Notes: generated by a model from the sequence alone, not told the origin. Shown: positions 1-14,005, counted from the first letter of the stretch. The stretch is DNA of 64,000 nucleotides from Octopus sinensis (GCF_006345805.1 NW_021835986.1:10150-74149), one strand, 5' to 3'. Program-made: numbers and translations.

Positions 1-1003
1 TAAATGCAAAAATATATAAATTTCGGCTGACAATAAAAATGTATTTTTAGAGCATATGTAGAATTACATTTATCTATTGACTCCTAAGGTTTTTTAGGCT
101 GGTACTTCTAACAGGTTTATCGGCCAACATATCTATGCTTGCGTGTTTTTCCTACATATAGCGATAAGAAATTGAAATTGAAAGCTTTAAATTTCAGAAA
201 GTGAAACAATGCTTTCAGTGAATGTAAAAATACATACATTTCAAGCAATGAAGTATTTTTATGGGAGAGGGGGCGGGAAATACAGTTGTAGTTGTAAATT
301 CTGTAAGCCTTAATTTCAGAGAGGAAAGAGAAAATATAATTTTAAAGAAAAAGAACTGATTATTGCTTTATTTAAAAGAAAAAAACAAAAAAGAGTGGAA
401 ACTTTAACGGAAATTACTGCCTGGATCGTTGAGTTTCTCTATATAGCTGTTGAACCTATTAGATATAGCAGTCAAACAATACTATCGGATGAAAATGTTA
501 AACCGTTCATGTTAGACTATTAATCCGGACACATTTTTCTCTCTCTGATATTTTCTTTCTCTCTCCATAATTACTCATCTCTTAAATATAGAACTGTATA
601 GTAATATATTTTATGAGCTAATATAGTTTCATCCGAAGGAAATAATTCAGCATTTTATAACATGCCTAGTGCCTTCATGCAAAGAGCGTAGGCTCGAAAT
701 GTCAAATACATTTCCATTCTTTTCGAGCGTCAAACTAATATACTTGCTTGCTGTTCCCTCACCTGTCTTTGTCTTTCTTTTGTTTTCTATAAAATTGAGC
801 AATATATTATATGCGCTCACGTGGTCACTCAAATTTTATCCTGCCTGACTGAACTTCCTCCTGTTTTGCACTCTCATCTCTCCTACCTTCTCCAACTTTC
901 GGTACTTCTCCTTATCCAAATTACTATCACTCCACCCGGATTACCACTGAAACTTTGTACTTTTTCGCACTCTACCATCTTGGATTTTACTGTGTAATCT
1001 CGT

Positions 1004-1074
<71 letters not shown>

Positions 1075-1076
<2 letters not shown>

Positions 1077-1270
1077 ACCTCGTGTGTACCGTTGGCGATT
1101 TTTTTCCTCTGTCTTCCCTTCTTTGGATTTTTCCTTTTCCTATGTTTCTGACGAAGAGCTCCGCTCGAAACGTTAAACCCTCCTTCTTCCTTCTTTCCTG
1201 AGCGTCCAATAATACTATATTTGTTCCACGTTCTCGCGTTGTTGTGTTTTTTTTGTGTTTTCTTGTTTGG
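1075..1270 (+). mobile_element. Short dispersed repeat carrying a minimal hammerhead (Penelope pLTR/retrozyme-like)
   Basis: About 190 bp match the reverse complement of 62035-62228; contains the HHR fold at 1144-1178; flanked by (TA)n/(TG)n. Confidence 0.7.
1144..1178 (+). ncRNA. Minimal type I hammerhead ribozyme
   Basis: GTTT-CTGACGA-A-GAGC(TCC)GCTC-GAA-ACGT-T|AAAC: helix I 4 bp, canonical core, helix II 4 bp, palindromic ACGT helix III, predicted cleavage after GUU (1174). Confidence 0.75.
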
Positions 1271-1505
1271 ATTAACTATATATATATGTATATATATATG
1301 TATATATATATATAGCCGCACACATATATTTACAACCAAGTGTATATACATACTTTCATGTACATGGTCATTTATCAACGAACATGTTCATTTATCAACT
1401 GGTCTACAAACCTAGTTCATCTACCACGTACCAGTTGTATAAAACTAGACTCACTTGCTAAGAGTAATGTGACTTTTAAGAGTGTTTAGGATGATGTAAA
1501 AGAAT

Positions 1506-1598
1506 GGTCGACATAGGCGGAATTTGAACTCAGGATGTGAAGACGGACGAAATACTGCAAAGCGTTTTGCCCGGCGTGCTAACTATTCTGCCAGCTCG
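1506..1598 (-). mobile_element. tRNA-derived SINE fragment (family B)
   Basis: Matches the head of the copies at 10880-11282, 25535-25766 and 45073-45472 (gagctggcagaa...gttcaaattccgcc). Confidence 0.75.
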
Positions 1599-1637
1599 TC
1601 GTCTTTGATAATAATGATGACAATGATGATAATGATG

Positions 1638-1669
<32 letters not shown>

Positions 1670-2155
1670 GATGATGATAAGATATAAATTAAGAAAAAGA
1701 AGAAGAAAACAACAAGAAGATGAAAATGCGAATCCTGCATATAATGAGATAAACACGGGGATAGAAAGCAAAAATTATATAAATCTAAAAAAAAAAAATT
1801 TATGTTTTAATTTTTTAAAACATCTTTTTGGTTTTTCTGATTCCAAATAAGGAACGACATCGCAAATTAAAAGATAGATTTCTTTAAGTATACCTTTCAA
1901 CTATTTATCTTTGTCTTGAAATTTTTTTGGCTATATATTTCCATTTATTTTTCTTTCTTTGTAATATTGTTTTCATTTTCAATTTAATCAGGTACATTTT
2001 TTTCTTCTTTCTCTGCGAAACCAAATAGCTTTCATGTTAATGTTCGCATTACAAACAATCTTGAGTTTACTAAGTCAAGAAAACTAGTTTTGAAGAAACA
2101 AGTAGCTGCTGTTAAACTCATTCTTAATCATAACAATGTAAATTTTCTTTCATTA

Positions 2156-2162
2156 TTTATCA

Positions 2163-2235
<73 letters not shown>

Positions 2236-2261
2236 TTTTATTATTATTATTGTTATTGTTA

Positions 2262-2292
<31 letters not shown>

Positions 2293-2322
2293 ATTATTAT
2301 ATTATTATTATTATTATTATTA

Positions 2323-2371
<49 letters not shown>

Positions 2372-2372
2372 T
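2156..2372. repeat. (ATT)n microsatellite
   Basis: Direct reading. Confidence 0.95.
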
Positions 2373-2574
2373 AAAATTTGTTGATTTAATGCTTTTTACC
2401 ATGTATGCTCACATTTCATCTCTTGACAGTATTGTATTGTAAGTCTACTTACATTTCAAATCTATTTTACATTAACATTCAGTTCTATTGTAAATCCTCA
2501 AATTTTGTTTCGTCTTTGTATTGCCCCAATTATACGATGACCCGGTGGCAAATAAAAGAAATCTGCCTCTTCCA

Positions 2575-2731
2575 GTTCATCATTATCATAATCATCATCG
2601 TCATCGTCATCCTCACCCTCATCATCATCGTTGTCATCGTCATCGTCGTCGTTACCCCCACCATCACCACCACCATTCTCCTTCTCCTCCTCTATACCCC
2701 TCATCTTCATCATCATCACCATCACCACCAT

Positions 2732-2763
<32 letters not shown>

Positions 2764-3084
2764 TCGTCATCGTCATCGTCATACTCATCATCATCATCGT
2801 TGTCATCGTCATCGTCGCCGTTACCCACACCATCACCACCATTATTCTCCTCCTCCTCCCCCTCATCATCAACACCTTCACCACCACCACCACCATCACC
2901 ACCATCACTACCACCATCATAATCATCATCGTCATCGTCATACGCATCATCATCATCGTTGTCATTGTCATCGTCGTCGTTACCCCCACCATCACCACCA
3001 CCATTCTCCTCCGCCTCCTTCCCCTTATCATCACCTCTATCACCACCACTACCACATCATCATCATCATCACCATCATCATCAC

Positions 3085-3138
<54 letters not shown>

Positions 3139-3165
3139 ATCACCACCATCATCATCATCAATGTC
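2575..3165. repeat. Compound (CAT)n/(CAC)n/(CGT)n repeat with an internal higher-order duplication
   Basis: The unit ...gtcatcgtcatcgtcgtcgttacccccaccatcaccaccaccattctcctc recurs three times; source of the His/Ser/Ile-rich ORFs. Confidence 0.9.
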
Positions 3166-3429
3166 GTTGTCGTCGTTCTTTTTATTGTTGTTCGTCGTAT
3201 TAACAACACTTTCTCGATTGCTTTTCCATAAGATTTTTGTTTATTCACGTATTCCCGTTACATTTTCATTGTTAAATATGTCTAAATTTACCTTTCCTTA
3301 ATCTAGCCAAGACTCCAGTCGGCTAGTTTAGTCCTTTGTTTCTTGCCCCGTTGAAGTTAAAAAAATAATAATAAAATGCCAAAATTTCTGAAAAAAATCT
3401 TTGTTTCGAAAAAGCAATTTTAAGATGAT

Positions 3430-3626
3430 GGTGTCTCTGACTGGTTTGGGCGTGGAGGAGGAGGACCTGGAATGTAACTTTCAAACAAGGGTGGAATTTA
3501 TTTCTGAGTCATTCTCTTTCTGTCTATCAATGATTGAAGGTTTTTTCCCTCTCAGCAAAATACAATGACTAAAATAGTACACCGCTACTACTGTGACGAA
3601 TGTGAGGAACAGCAGCCGCGATAGCT

Positions 3627-3663
<37 letters not shown>

Positions 3664-4200
3664 CCCGTCACCTGTGAAATTCCCTCACAACAGGTAGTGG
3701 TGTCGACAACAAAAACCTCTCTCAAAACACTACCACCAGTAGAAGTAGTTAAAGGAAAGATAATGCAAAAATCGAGAGTAATTCTTTTACCATTGCCATC
3801 GCCACCATTATCCCCCATCTTAGTACTTAACAGTGACAGTTAAAAAATACAAAAAAAAACAACACAGAAAACAAAAACAAAAAATAACAGACAAAGGAGC
3901 AAAAGCAAATAGGAATAAGAGCGAAGCTGTTATATGACAATAAAGAAAGCACTAACATCAACATATCACTACTATAACGACCAAAAAGTAGATAAGTAAT
4001 CCTATTATGACAACTACTACGACAGCGGATAACTATAACACCTCTGTCACCGCCACAACTTCTTCCAATGTGACTACCCAAAACAGTAGCAGTAGCAGCA
4101 CTAATACGACGAAGGCCAAATGTTTCGCAGGAGCGACAACGATACCGCATGGGCTTTCTAAGGCGGCATTCAAAACATTCAAGTTTTAAAGAAATGAACA
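3430..4200 (+). pseudogene. Probable decayed ORF1 of the old Tx1-like LINE
   Basis: DWFGRG...IEG..PL, then EC...LQQQQ and a Thr/Ser-rich linker, parallel the ORF1 at 49980-50400 (DWLGKR...VEGRRP-CCHC-ECKSAAKLQQQQQ); lies upstream of, and in the same orientation as, the ORF2 remnant at 5900-8540. Confidence 0.4.
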
Positions 4201-4279
4201 TCAGGCAAAATATCTACTTTACAAGTGCCCCCTCCCCCTAGCTTGCAAAAATAAGTACCAGAGGAACACTAGTTTACAG

Positions 4280-4760
4280 GTATATCATCTTCCTCGTCGT
4301 CGTCGTCTTCGTCCTCATCGTCCTCATCCTCGTCTTCCTCCTCCTCCTCCTCGTCCTCGTTCTCCTCATCCTCGTCCTCTCCCTCATTCTCGTCCTCGTC
4401 CCCGTCCTCCTCATCCTCGTCCTCCTCCTCGTCGTCGTCGTCGTCCTCCTCCTCCTCCTCATCATCATGCAGTGTTTTAAATCCGGGTTTTTTTTACCCT
4501 CGTTAACAGGATTGGCCGGATCTACCTCAATGCCATAGAAACCGCCCTCACAGCATCTGGCCAACTTGCCCTGTGTTTTGGGGCGTCCTCCCTTCTGAAG
4601 CCAAACCCTCGCAATCTTTTTCCTCCACCTGTCTCCTCGGTCCACGTATTCCTCGATCTACCTCGCTTTCTCGATCGGTGTGTACAGGTGGAAATGCCAG
4701 CCAACGTGGGAAGAAGGTGCTTGTGGGAAATATGGGCGATATAGCGATATAGATTTCATC
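4280..4760 (-). mobile_element. RTE-clade LINE 3' fragment with (GAG/GAC/GAT)n tail
   Basis: Minus ORF RKRGRSRNTW...REDAPKHRASWPDAVRAVS resembles the RTE C-terminal KRGRP..TW...EDAQDR..W motif; followed by a trinucleotide repeat. Confidence 0.45.
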
Positions 4761-5159
4761 ATTAAGACCCGATATTTTGACGTCGGCGAACTGCAATTTC
4801 TTATCGAGGCCCTCACAGTAACGATTTCAGTTGTCTTCTGTCGGAGTGTGAAATTTATCTGGGAATACGGATAATTAATGTGAAGATATAGTGTGTACTA
4901 CTGGTGCAGGACATATGATGAATCGTAGTATGTGTGTAGAAGGCATTCATGTGTGACACACGGGTCCTCAACCGTGACGTGGAATTCTAACTCCAATCGG
5001 GAGTTGAATTAGATCCGGCGATAAAGATGAAAAAGATGGAAAATTGTTCCCATTAACTGTTAGAGATAAAGAAAAAAGGACAAAATAAATCTGTCCTTAT
5101 TAAAAAAGAAAAATGAAGAAAAATCAGATGATTTTAAGGATGATTTTTTATGGTACATC

Positions 5160-5613
5160 ATCAAAATTAACTCCATCACCGCCACCGTATTCATCACCAC
5201 AGACACGACCACGACCACGACCACGACCACCACGACAACCACGACCACCACGGCCACGACGACGACGACGACCACCACCACGACCACGACGACGACCACG
5301 ACCACCATAACCACCACCACCACCACCACCATCACCGCCGCCGCCACCACCACCACCACAACCACCTCTGCCACTGCCACCGCCTCCCCAACACAGTACC
5401 ACTTCCACCGCCTTCACTACCACCTCTATCATCATTAACACATCTATCGCTACCACAACCACCACTTCGCCGCCGTCACCGCCGTCACCGCCACAGTCGC
5501 CTCCGTCGCTCCCTTCCTCCATCGGAGAAAATTTCAACACTGCAAGCACATGACAAAAGCACAAGCACAGCTTAATCTGCATCTGCGCCATAACTAGAAC
5601 AATAAATACTCGC

Positions 5614-5690
<77 letters not shown>
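5160..5690. repeat. (CGA/CCA/CCG)n and (AAT)n simple repeats
   Basis: Direct reading. Confidence 0.9.
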
Positions 5691-5691
<1 letters not shown>

Positions 5692-5899
5692 CATTAAAAG
5701 CTATAGGATTATAGATAACTAAGAAGTAATGAATTACATGTACTAAAAGCTAAACATTACACGCCATAACTACTTATCTCAAACAAATAACATATCAATA
5801 CAAATTCTAAATACAACATATCAGACACTCCGTATCGTATCTAGATAGAGTATCCTCAATACACGTAAATAAAGATAACTTCGATAATAAACTTCGATT

Positions 5900-8540
5900 A
5901 CAGATTTGTAATGTGTACGGTCGAATAGGGTGCAGAGACGCATCTTTACCAGTGCGCAAAGATTCCAGATATTGGCTTAGCGTATATATTAAGCAGACAA
6001 CCGTTAACGAAAAATAGTAAAATGACCGATGACAGTTATGGACTAGTGACAGGCAAAACTATATTGGGGGCGAGCATTGTTAGAGACTTAGAAAAAATGT
6101 TTAGGAAAGCCATCGCAACTGACGTGCTTGCAACGAGATGAGCCTTTTACCAATTCTTCAACACGAAGCATAAAGGTTATTCTGTAAGCGCTAAAACGCG
6201 TACTCCAAAGCACACAGTAATGAAAAGTGCTCGATATGTCAAGATGGCTGCGGTGTCACATGGCAACAAAGACGCAATTCGGTTTTTAGCGGGCCATGAT
6301 GCACGCATGCTACTCTATTCCAAGTAGAAAAAGGTGACTTTTTAATGGCATTTTGCGAATCGGATCGATGGGTGGTATTAAATGCCAACCTCCTCTGGTC
6401 TGCTACGACACTCGGTGAAAGAAGCAGATTTGCAGCTGCGGAAGTATGAAAAGCGGGAGATAGTACAACTCTGAGCAAATCGACAGCTTTGGTTTGTCTA
6501 ACAAACACTGCTTTATATTCTGAAATTCCTCATTGAACTTTACAGCAACGGGAGAATCACCAGTTCTGTGAGTGAGTCAAAGAGCGGTAGCGGTTTTAGA
6601 ACAATGTAATCCCACCCCTCCGCAAAAGCGCATGGATCTATATTGATAATTTACGGACCATAACTTTCCCAAACGCAGATATCAAGAATTTGGCCTAGGT
6701 GTGAGCGAAGCGGGTGGGCGTTTGTCGTCAGTAGACTGGTAATGCGTAGACAAACCCCGCACAGAACACATTCTCCCCGATAGCCTCCATTTTCAGTTCA
6801 TCATAGTGAGGGTGAGTAAAGAACCTAGCATAGCTGGATCCCCGATGAACTGAAAGCTTGAATCAACAGAAAGCTATCAAAAGCGATACCACCTCCCAAT
6901 GCTTGGCATTTGTGCTCACAGCAGCCAGTTTCGGTCCATCTATAAGGATAAGATCGCCACAGTGAGGAAAGACATCCATTCAATAATCAATGTAAATGAC
7001 CATCTATGGGTATCATTCAGTATCATGCACACGGTCTGTCAAGGTTGTTGCTTCTTGTATCTGATGTAAGTACTAGCTCTTGAGTCACTGCTGTGAAAAC
7101 TAGAGACACTGGGAGACATTACACATAAACTAACATATGATCTGTACCGGCATACTTCACTGTCATAGTATCGGACACCAAACTGATCTAGATGACCGGC
7201 GTTGCCTTATGGGACTCCAGTGCATTGATAGTAACCATAATGAACCACGTCTGGAGAAGCAGATCTTTACCACCCAACAGCGTCGTGAAGCGCTGACAGA
7301 CTGGTTAAATAGTTTGGAGTCTGGTTGGTTTTGCCTACTCCATCATTTAGAGAACTGGGACGAGGCAATGACAACAACGGTGTGCTTAACCCAAGGCAGG
7401 TCGAGAGAAAAATATATCACGCGTATACTATCTACGTAATCTGACCGTCGTGCCTTGCTGTATTGAATATTGTTCTGGGCTAAAGGATCTGCTATCTTGC
7501 TTTTTGCAAAAAACACGTCTCACTTATGAGGCGGTCCATTTGCTGTTAACATTCGCTATGTGGAGATCTGGGTATGTTAAGACTGATAATGAGCAGGCAT
7601 GTATTGAGTCTGTGACATTTCAGGCAATTCTTGAGAATAGACAGGTTTGATAGCTGATTGTTTTTCTTCTGCTCGTCTCTTTGACACAGCTACAGTCCTC
7701 AATCAAGCAAACACCAAAACGAAGTTCGAAATAGCGTAAATCGTTCCTGGTCATCACTCCGTCGGGCAATGCAGAAAATAATTGTTCAAAGGTAACGTTC
7801 TATTGAAAAATAGTTACGAAGAAAATCAACTAAGTTCTCGTGCTTTATCTAGGCATCGATGAATATTTACTAGCTGGTCTGAACCGAAAGACTTTTAGGT
7901 CAAACCTCATGGATAATTTCCAGAAATCTCTGGCTTGTTGGTGCTACCAGGACGCATTGTGGTATAAAATAAACTCTTTAGACATGTAAAGGCTGTCAGC
8001 TGGGGCTGCCTGAAACGTAAGCCTGGTAGCGAAAACGTTCTGCACGCAGTCATCCAGTGCCCCGGCATAGTTAACTTGTGTGTTATGTCGAACACCTGCT
8101 GTCATATGTAAGACGGATTCAGCTACCAACTGAGTAGGGCAGATAGATTTTATCTGTCTCGCGGAGGTGAAATTTAAATGGTTGAAGATTGACATTTCCA
8201 CTTTGGTCAAGCTCTCGTCAAGTTTTACAAAATAGACTCGAAAAAGGAGACGAGAGCAAAGGGTGAAGTGCTTACCCCTAGCAAATCTGTTGAAAGATAA
8301 ATGAAAATGGCGATTATAATCCGAGTGAATGGTCTGCTCTGGGGAGGTAATTACAGACTGGAGAACTACAACTGGGAGAAGACCCTTACGTTAGAAGTCA
8401 AGGTGACTTTTTTTTTGTTTGGTTTTGTAACAGAAAACCCTCAGAAGTTTGCCTTCTTTATATGCTTTTTATGTAATCCCATACTAAACCCTGTACAACC
8501 TTCGATCTTTTTGTCAACACATGTGGTTAATTAAGAATGC
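5900..8540 (+). mobile_element. Old, heavily decayed Tx1/L1-clade LINE ORF2 plus 3' end
   Basis: Colinear similarity to 51760-54820: catcgcaactgacgtg..ttcaacacgaag (6106), IDNLRTIT..NADIK (6640), ctgaccgtcgtgccttgc (7441), MDNFQKSLA.WCY..LHAVIQCP (7908-8080), 3' acatgtggttaattaagaatgc then (ATT)n; many stops and indels. Confidence 0.75.
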
Positions 8541-8814
8541 ATTATTATTATTGTTGCTTTTATTAATATCCACCACCACCACCACATCTTCCTTATTACT
8601 ATTGTTGTTGTTGTTATTATTATTATTATTATTATTATTGTTATTATATTTTTATTTTCATTTATTTATTTTACGCCAAAGATCTTCAATAAAAATTGCA
8701 TTATTCATTATATAAGGGGAGAAAAAATTGAATTATCTGAGCAACCGCATTTCATTATAGATAATGTATCGAAAAACTAATCACAGCGCAACGAAGATTC
8801 AGCTTAGCAATGAG

Positions 8815-8870
<56 letters not shown>

Positions 8871-8950
8871 GGTAGTGGTGGTAGTGGTGGTAGTAGTAGT
8901 AGTTGCAATAGTAGTGTTGGTGGTGGTGGTGGCAGTAATAATAACATTAA

Positions 8951-8982
<32 letters not shown>

Positions 8983-9065
8983 ATTGTACCGTGATGGTAG
9001 GTGGTAGTGATGGTAGAAGTAGAGGTAATAGTTGTCACAGTGCTAGTAGTAACAGAAGTAGTAGT
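8815..9065. repeat. (GTA/GTG)n microsatellite
   Basis: Direct reading. Confidence 0.9.
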
Positions 9066-9445
9066 GTCTTAATCTACTATTGCTGATGCAGTTTAGGTTA
9101 AACACAGACTTATTTTTCTTTCATTCATTCGCTCATTCATTCATTCATTTTTTTTTTACTTTCATTTTCATTCACGTTTTTTTTTCTTCACTAAGTCTTT
9201 GTTCTTTCTGCCGTTCTCGTTTGTCTCTTCGATTGTCGCTTTGTTTACTTTGAAACTAAGTGAATCTTTTATCTAGAAATGCTTTTATTTAACATTTCCT
9301 TTCTTTAAGCAATATATAAGAAGACTTAATGTAGTCATATATAACCTGGACCCATTTGATCAATATAACTTAGTCTATCCGACATTTCTTTTTGCTATCT
9401 ATTAAACTTCACTAACACAGCAATCATTTCATTCAAATAATTCAG

Positions 9446-9514
<69 letters not shown>

Positions 9515-9550
9515 GTTGTTGTTGTTGTTGTTATTGATATTTTATAAAAC

Positions 9551-9832
9551 GATGAACTGGCAGAATCTTTAGAGCCACAGGATAAAAAGTGCTTTGCAGT
9601 GCATCTTCTGGCTGTTTACGTTCTGAGTTCAAAATTCTGTAGGAGCCGACTTTGCTTTCATCCATTCGTGGTCGATAAAATATGTATCAGTTGAACCATG
9701 GATTCATTTTAATCGATATATCTCTTCCGTGAAAATATCTGGCCTTGCACCTATAGTCAAAAGAACTATTATTATCGTATCGAACCTTCTCTTTTGTTTG
9801 AGGCCCGGAGTGGGGGCAATACAGAAATAATA
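9551..9832 (+). mobile_element. Decayed SINE (family B)
   Basis: gaactggcagaa...gttctgagttcaaaattc...gactttgctttcatcc...gtcgataaaa, plus tail. Confidence 0.55.
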
Positions 9833-9899
9833 ATAATAATAATAAATAAGGGGATCATCATTTCTTCTTCTTCTTCTTCTTCTTCTTCTTCTTCTTCTT

Positions 9900-10690
9900 G
9901 AGATACTCTGTAGGCGCTTGAAGGCTGCACTTGGAGACATGATCAATGGTTTCATTTTGTTGTTGACTTACACATGTTGGGCTTATTATTATCATCATCA
10001 TCATTCTATGTCCTTCACGATATTCTGGTCTGTAAGTATAGCTACGTCGATGAAGGTCCATTCTTTGGATTCCTTCCGTATGAGAATGATATCTGGCCGG
10101 TTATGTAGCAGCTTCTTATTTGAATAGATTAACATATCCCACATTAGTTTTTCTTTATCAATCTCTGCAACTGGCAAAAACGTTGGTGCTCATACCATCC
10201 TGTTCCATCTTCCTGTACAACTCGCAGTGTATTCGCACTGTGACTTTGTCAGTTTTGTTCTTTTTTTAGGCAGTTTTGAACATCCACTAATTATATATCT
10301 TACTATCTCAGAAGATTTACCACATTATCTATTCTGTAACTTGATTGATTTGGCTCATAAAGCTTGTTCTTGAGTAGCAAGAATCAATCCTTCTGACTCC
10401 TTCTTTTTAAAAGAATTAACGTCTTAATCATCTCTAAAATACTTCGGCTTCATCCGATGTTCGTTGCAAAATCTCTGGATGGGACACTTTCCTGATGATG
10501 TTCTTTTTTTCAATAGTCCCCATTTTGTACTCCTGGAAGGTCTCATCATTGTCAGTGATCACGTTCTCATTCATTCAGCAACATTTTTTTCGTCGCAATT
10601 TCGCGAGGATTCAGTTTCCTTCATAACACTAACATCTGTTCTAACCAATCCTCTTCCATCATCGTCCCTACGTAAGTAAAACCTAGCTAT
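9900..10690 (-). mobile_element. R4/Dong-type non-LTR retrotransposon fragment (zinc knuckle and restriction-like endonuclease)
   Basis: Minus translation LKKKESEGLILATQEQAL, CGKSSEIVRYIISGCSKL, WYEH, PDIILIRKESKEWTFIDVA (PD..D); a second knuckle remnant ETIDHVSKCSLQAPTEYL at about 9900-9975; stops and frameshifts. Confidence 0.7.
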
Positions 10691-10879
10691 GTTACTTCTA
10701 GTTTAAAGGCGCCCAAGCATAACCATTATCCTGATTAAGTCTTCTTCTTCTTCTTCTTCTTCTTCTTCTTCTTCTTCTTCTTCTTCTTCTTCTTCTTCTT
10801 CTTCTGTTTCTTCTTCTTCTTCTTCTTCTTCTTCTTCTTCTTGTTTCTCCTCATCATCTTTATCACCATCACCTATTTC

Positions 10880-11282
10880 TTTATGACCCACAAGGGGCTA
10901 AACATAGATTGGGACAAACAAGGACAGACATGGGGATTAAGTCGATTACAACGACATCAGTGATTAACTGGTACTTATTTAATCGACCCCAAAAGGATGA
11001 AAGACAAAGTCGACCTCGGCGGAATTTGAACTCAGAACGTAACGCAGACGAAATACCTATTTCTTTACTACCCACAAGAGGCTAGACACAGAGGGGACAA
11101 ACAAGGACAGACAAACGGATTAGGCCGATTATATCGACCCCAATGCGTAACTGGTACTTTATTTATCGACCCCGAAAGGATGAAAGGCAAAGTAGACCTC
11201 GGCGGAATTTGAACTCAGAACATATCGGCAGACGAAATACCGCTAAGCATTTCGCCCGGCGTGCTAACGTTTCTGCCAGCTC
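10880..11282 (-). mobile_element. Dimeric SINE (family B)
   Basis: Two tandem body units ggatgaaagRcaaagt..cctcggcggaatttgaactcagaac; head at 11225-11282. Confidence 0.85.
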
Positions 11283-13305
11283 ATCATCATCATCATCATC
11301 ACTATTAATTTGGGTACAAGGCAAGGCCAGCTAGTTTGAGAGTCGGGTGGCTGGTTAAATAAAGCTGGCCTCGAAGAGATTCGACTGTCCTTGCCTATCA
11401 TGTTTCCCGGATCGATTAAATAAAGTATCATTATTATTATTATAGAACTAGGGATCAATTGTATTGTATCAACTGACCACCACCTCTTAAAATTGTTTTG
11501 TACGTTACATCTGTGTTACTTTGTCGTGAAAAAATTCTGTTTTATTTCTGTTGTTATTTTTTTTTAATGTTTCATCATTTTTATGTAGAAACCTCTCAAT
11601 GTTAATATCACTGATGGTGATTTCCTTTAAGTGTTGTATGAATTGTGTTTCACTTTCAGTTAAAATAAATTTGGCACTCAGAAAACACTATAGGTTACCT
11701 CCTTCTTCTTCTCTTCGTTCATTAATTTTTATATTATTCAATCTTAAATAATTTCCATTAACATGCAGTTATTATCTTCCATTTACCTTTTTATGTTTTA
11801 TAATATATTTTTTTAATGTTTTAGTGATGACTGTTGGTTGTGTAGATTAATTTGTTGTGTGAGGTGTATTACATTATTGAGTGGCAACTTTATACAACAG
11901 AGGTTGTGTGAGTTGTTATGTGGTGTGTGGGATGTGCTATGATACCAGGTGTCGATTTATTTAAGAGAATGACGTGTGTTGATTTATTGGGTGACAATTT
12001 AGAAGACTAAGTATCGAGTGTGTTTTGTCACATTATTGGCTGGTGATTTTGCCCAATTAGGTTATTCTAGTTAAGGTCGTTCGTTTCGTCACAAAATTTA
12101 CGGCGGCCAGAATGGATCACTGTTTTGCTCAAGTTCAATTCAGCTTTATTTACAATTAAACCTTGAAAGCAACTGACATTTAATTAAAAAATTAAAACCT
12201 ATACCGTCTAAATACTTTCACAGCAGTCTACGGTGGTCATAAACAACACATCCTATTTTGGTTGGCTGTGCTAAAATTAATTACAACGGGTACTTCTGCC
12301 GCTAATAACCAAAATATTAAATAACATCTATGTATCTATGAATGCAATTATTTTTATATGTTGTATATAAGGAATCTCATGTACACACACACACACGAAT
12401 ACACACACACACAGGTATATATTTGAGATTGAAGGGGCTCTATTTAATGGTCGAAACTATCAAAGTGGAGCATACCACACTTGACGGTTCGACAGTATAA
12501 CACAAAGGAACAGATAAGCAATCCCTTCCATTAGTGGGTGTACATGAATACAAAGAGGTTCACTCTTGCTTCGTAATTCGTTAATCCAAGCATATCCAAA
12601 ATTGAGTGGAACTTTAAAGCCTGGCATAGTATCAGGATAGAAAACAGATGAAAGGATTATATCGTCTCACTACTGTGTCTCATTGGGGTATGTAAGACGC
12701 GCAACAGCCATAAGATTATGAAATTCATCATTATATAATAAACTCCGAAATATCAGGCAACCATATGGAGGTCAATATTTCATATGTCACTGAACTGAAT
12801 GAGACATTGCCGTGAGATTATAGAGTTCATACGTCTATCTTTCTAAATATGTATAATGGTAAAATGTTGCACAGAAAGACGACGAAGGAAAATACGGAAC
12901 ACAACAAAGAAACATCACAAAAGATGTCAACCAATATTCCCACACAATTTCGACGCTTTATCGATAGTATTGTTCATTTTGATGGTGCCAACAGGAAACG
13001 CTGTTAGGATATAAGTGAGTGGACATGAAGGACGGAATGAAAAATGTAGGAACAAGAAAAAAGAAAAAAAAAAAGGGAAAGAAGAAAAAAATGACTAGGT
13101 TTAGACCAAATGGCAAACTATATGAAAGAACGGAAAATAAAAGACGGCAACAAAAAAAAAAAACAAAAAAACAAACAAATAATAAAGGATACAAGTATTA
13201 ATTTATAAATACAAAGAAAGCCTTTCAGCTATACGACAGAATCAAAACAAAACATAACCGAAACGAAAACATAAACAGGGAAAAACAACACAAATATTTG
13301 TTATG

Positions 13306-13335
13306 TCTATCTATCTATCTATCTATCTATCTATC

Positions 13336-13400
<65 letters not shown>

Positions 13401-13401
13401 C

Positions 13402-13435
<34 letters not shown>

Positions 13436-13436
13436 G

Positions 13437-13468
<32 letters not shown>

Positions 13469-13489
13469 CAGATCTATCTATCTATCTAT

Positions 13490-13527
<38 letters not shown>

Positions 13528-13610
13528 ATCTATCCATCTATCCATCTATCTATCCATCTATGTATCTATGTATCTATCTATTTATGTATCTATGTATCTC
13601 TGTATGTATC
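13306..13610. repeat. (ATCT)n/(ATGT)n/(CT)n microsatellite
   Basis: Direct reading; abuts the LINE 3' fragment. Confidence 0.95.
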
Positions 13611-14005
13611 TAGGTGAATGTAGCAAGGATGGTACGTATGAATGACGAAGCCACCTTAGGCATAATCCTACGAACCCGGAAAATTTAAAACAGAGGGTTA
13701 CCTACTTGCAAACAAATGTGTTAACATGTAACATTATTGACCGAGGTTACTGTGGTCTCTTCCGTAGGATTTTCTTTCCACGGATAAACCTTATCTGCTT
13801 CCCCCTTTACAATTTACACCATCACATTTCTGTGATACACGATCCCTATTGATCGTTTTTTTTTGTTTTTTTTCTTTCCCTTTTAGGATCCCTTTTGATC
13901 GAAAACCTATCCCACCTTTTTTTTTCTCTCCCCCAAAAAGAAAAGCTCTACTTTCTAATCTGTCCCGTCTGTGTGCAGCCCTGCGTGGCTAATAAAGAAA
14001 CATAT
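13611..14005 (+). mobile_element. 5'-truncated Tx1-like LINE (ORF2 end and 3' UTR)
   Basis: ggtgaatgtagcaaggatgg...gccctgcgtggctaataaagaaacat matches 54397-54820. Confidence 0.85.

Noticed and set aside
3565-3843. ATG-initiated polyQ frame with one in-frame TAG (3622), tempting as A-to-I stop-codon readthrough
   Set aside because: Better explained as the decayed ORF1 linker of the old LINE; a CAG-to-TAG change in a Gln-rich tract is the simplest cause.
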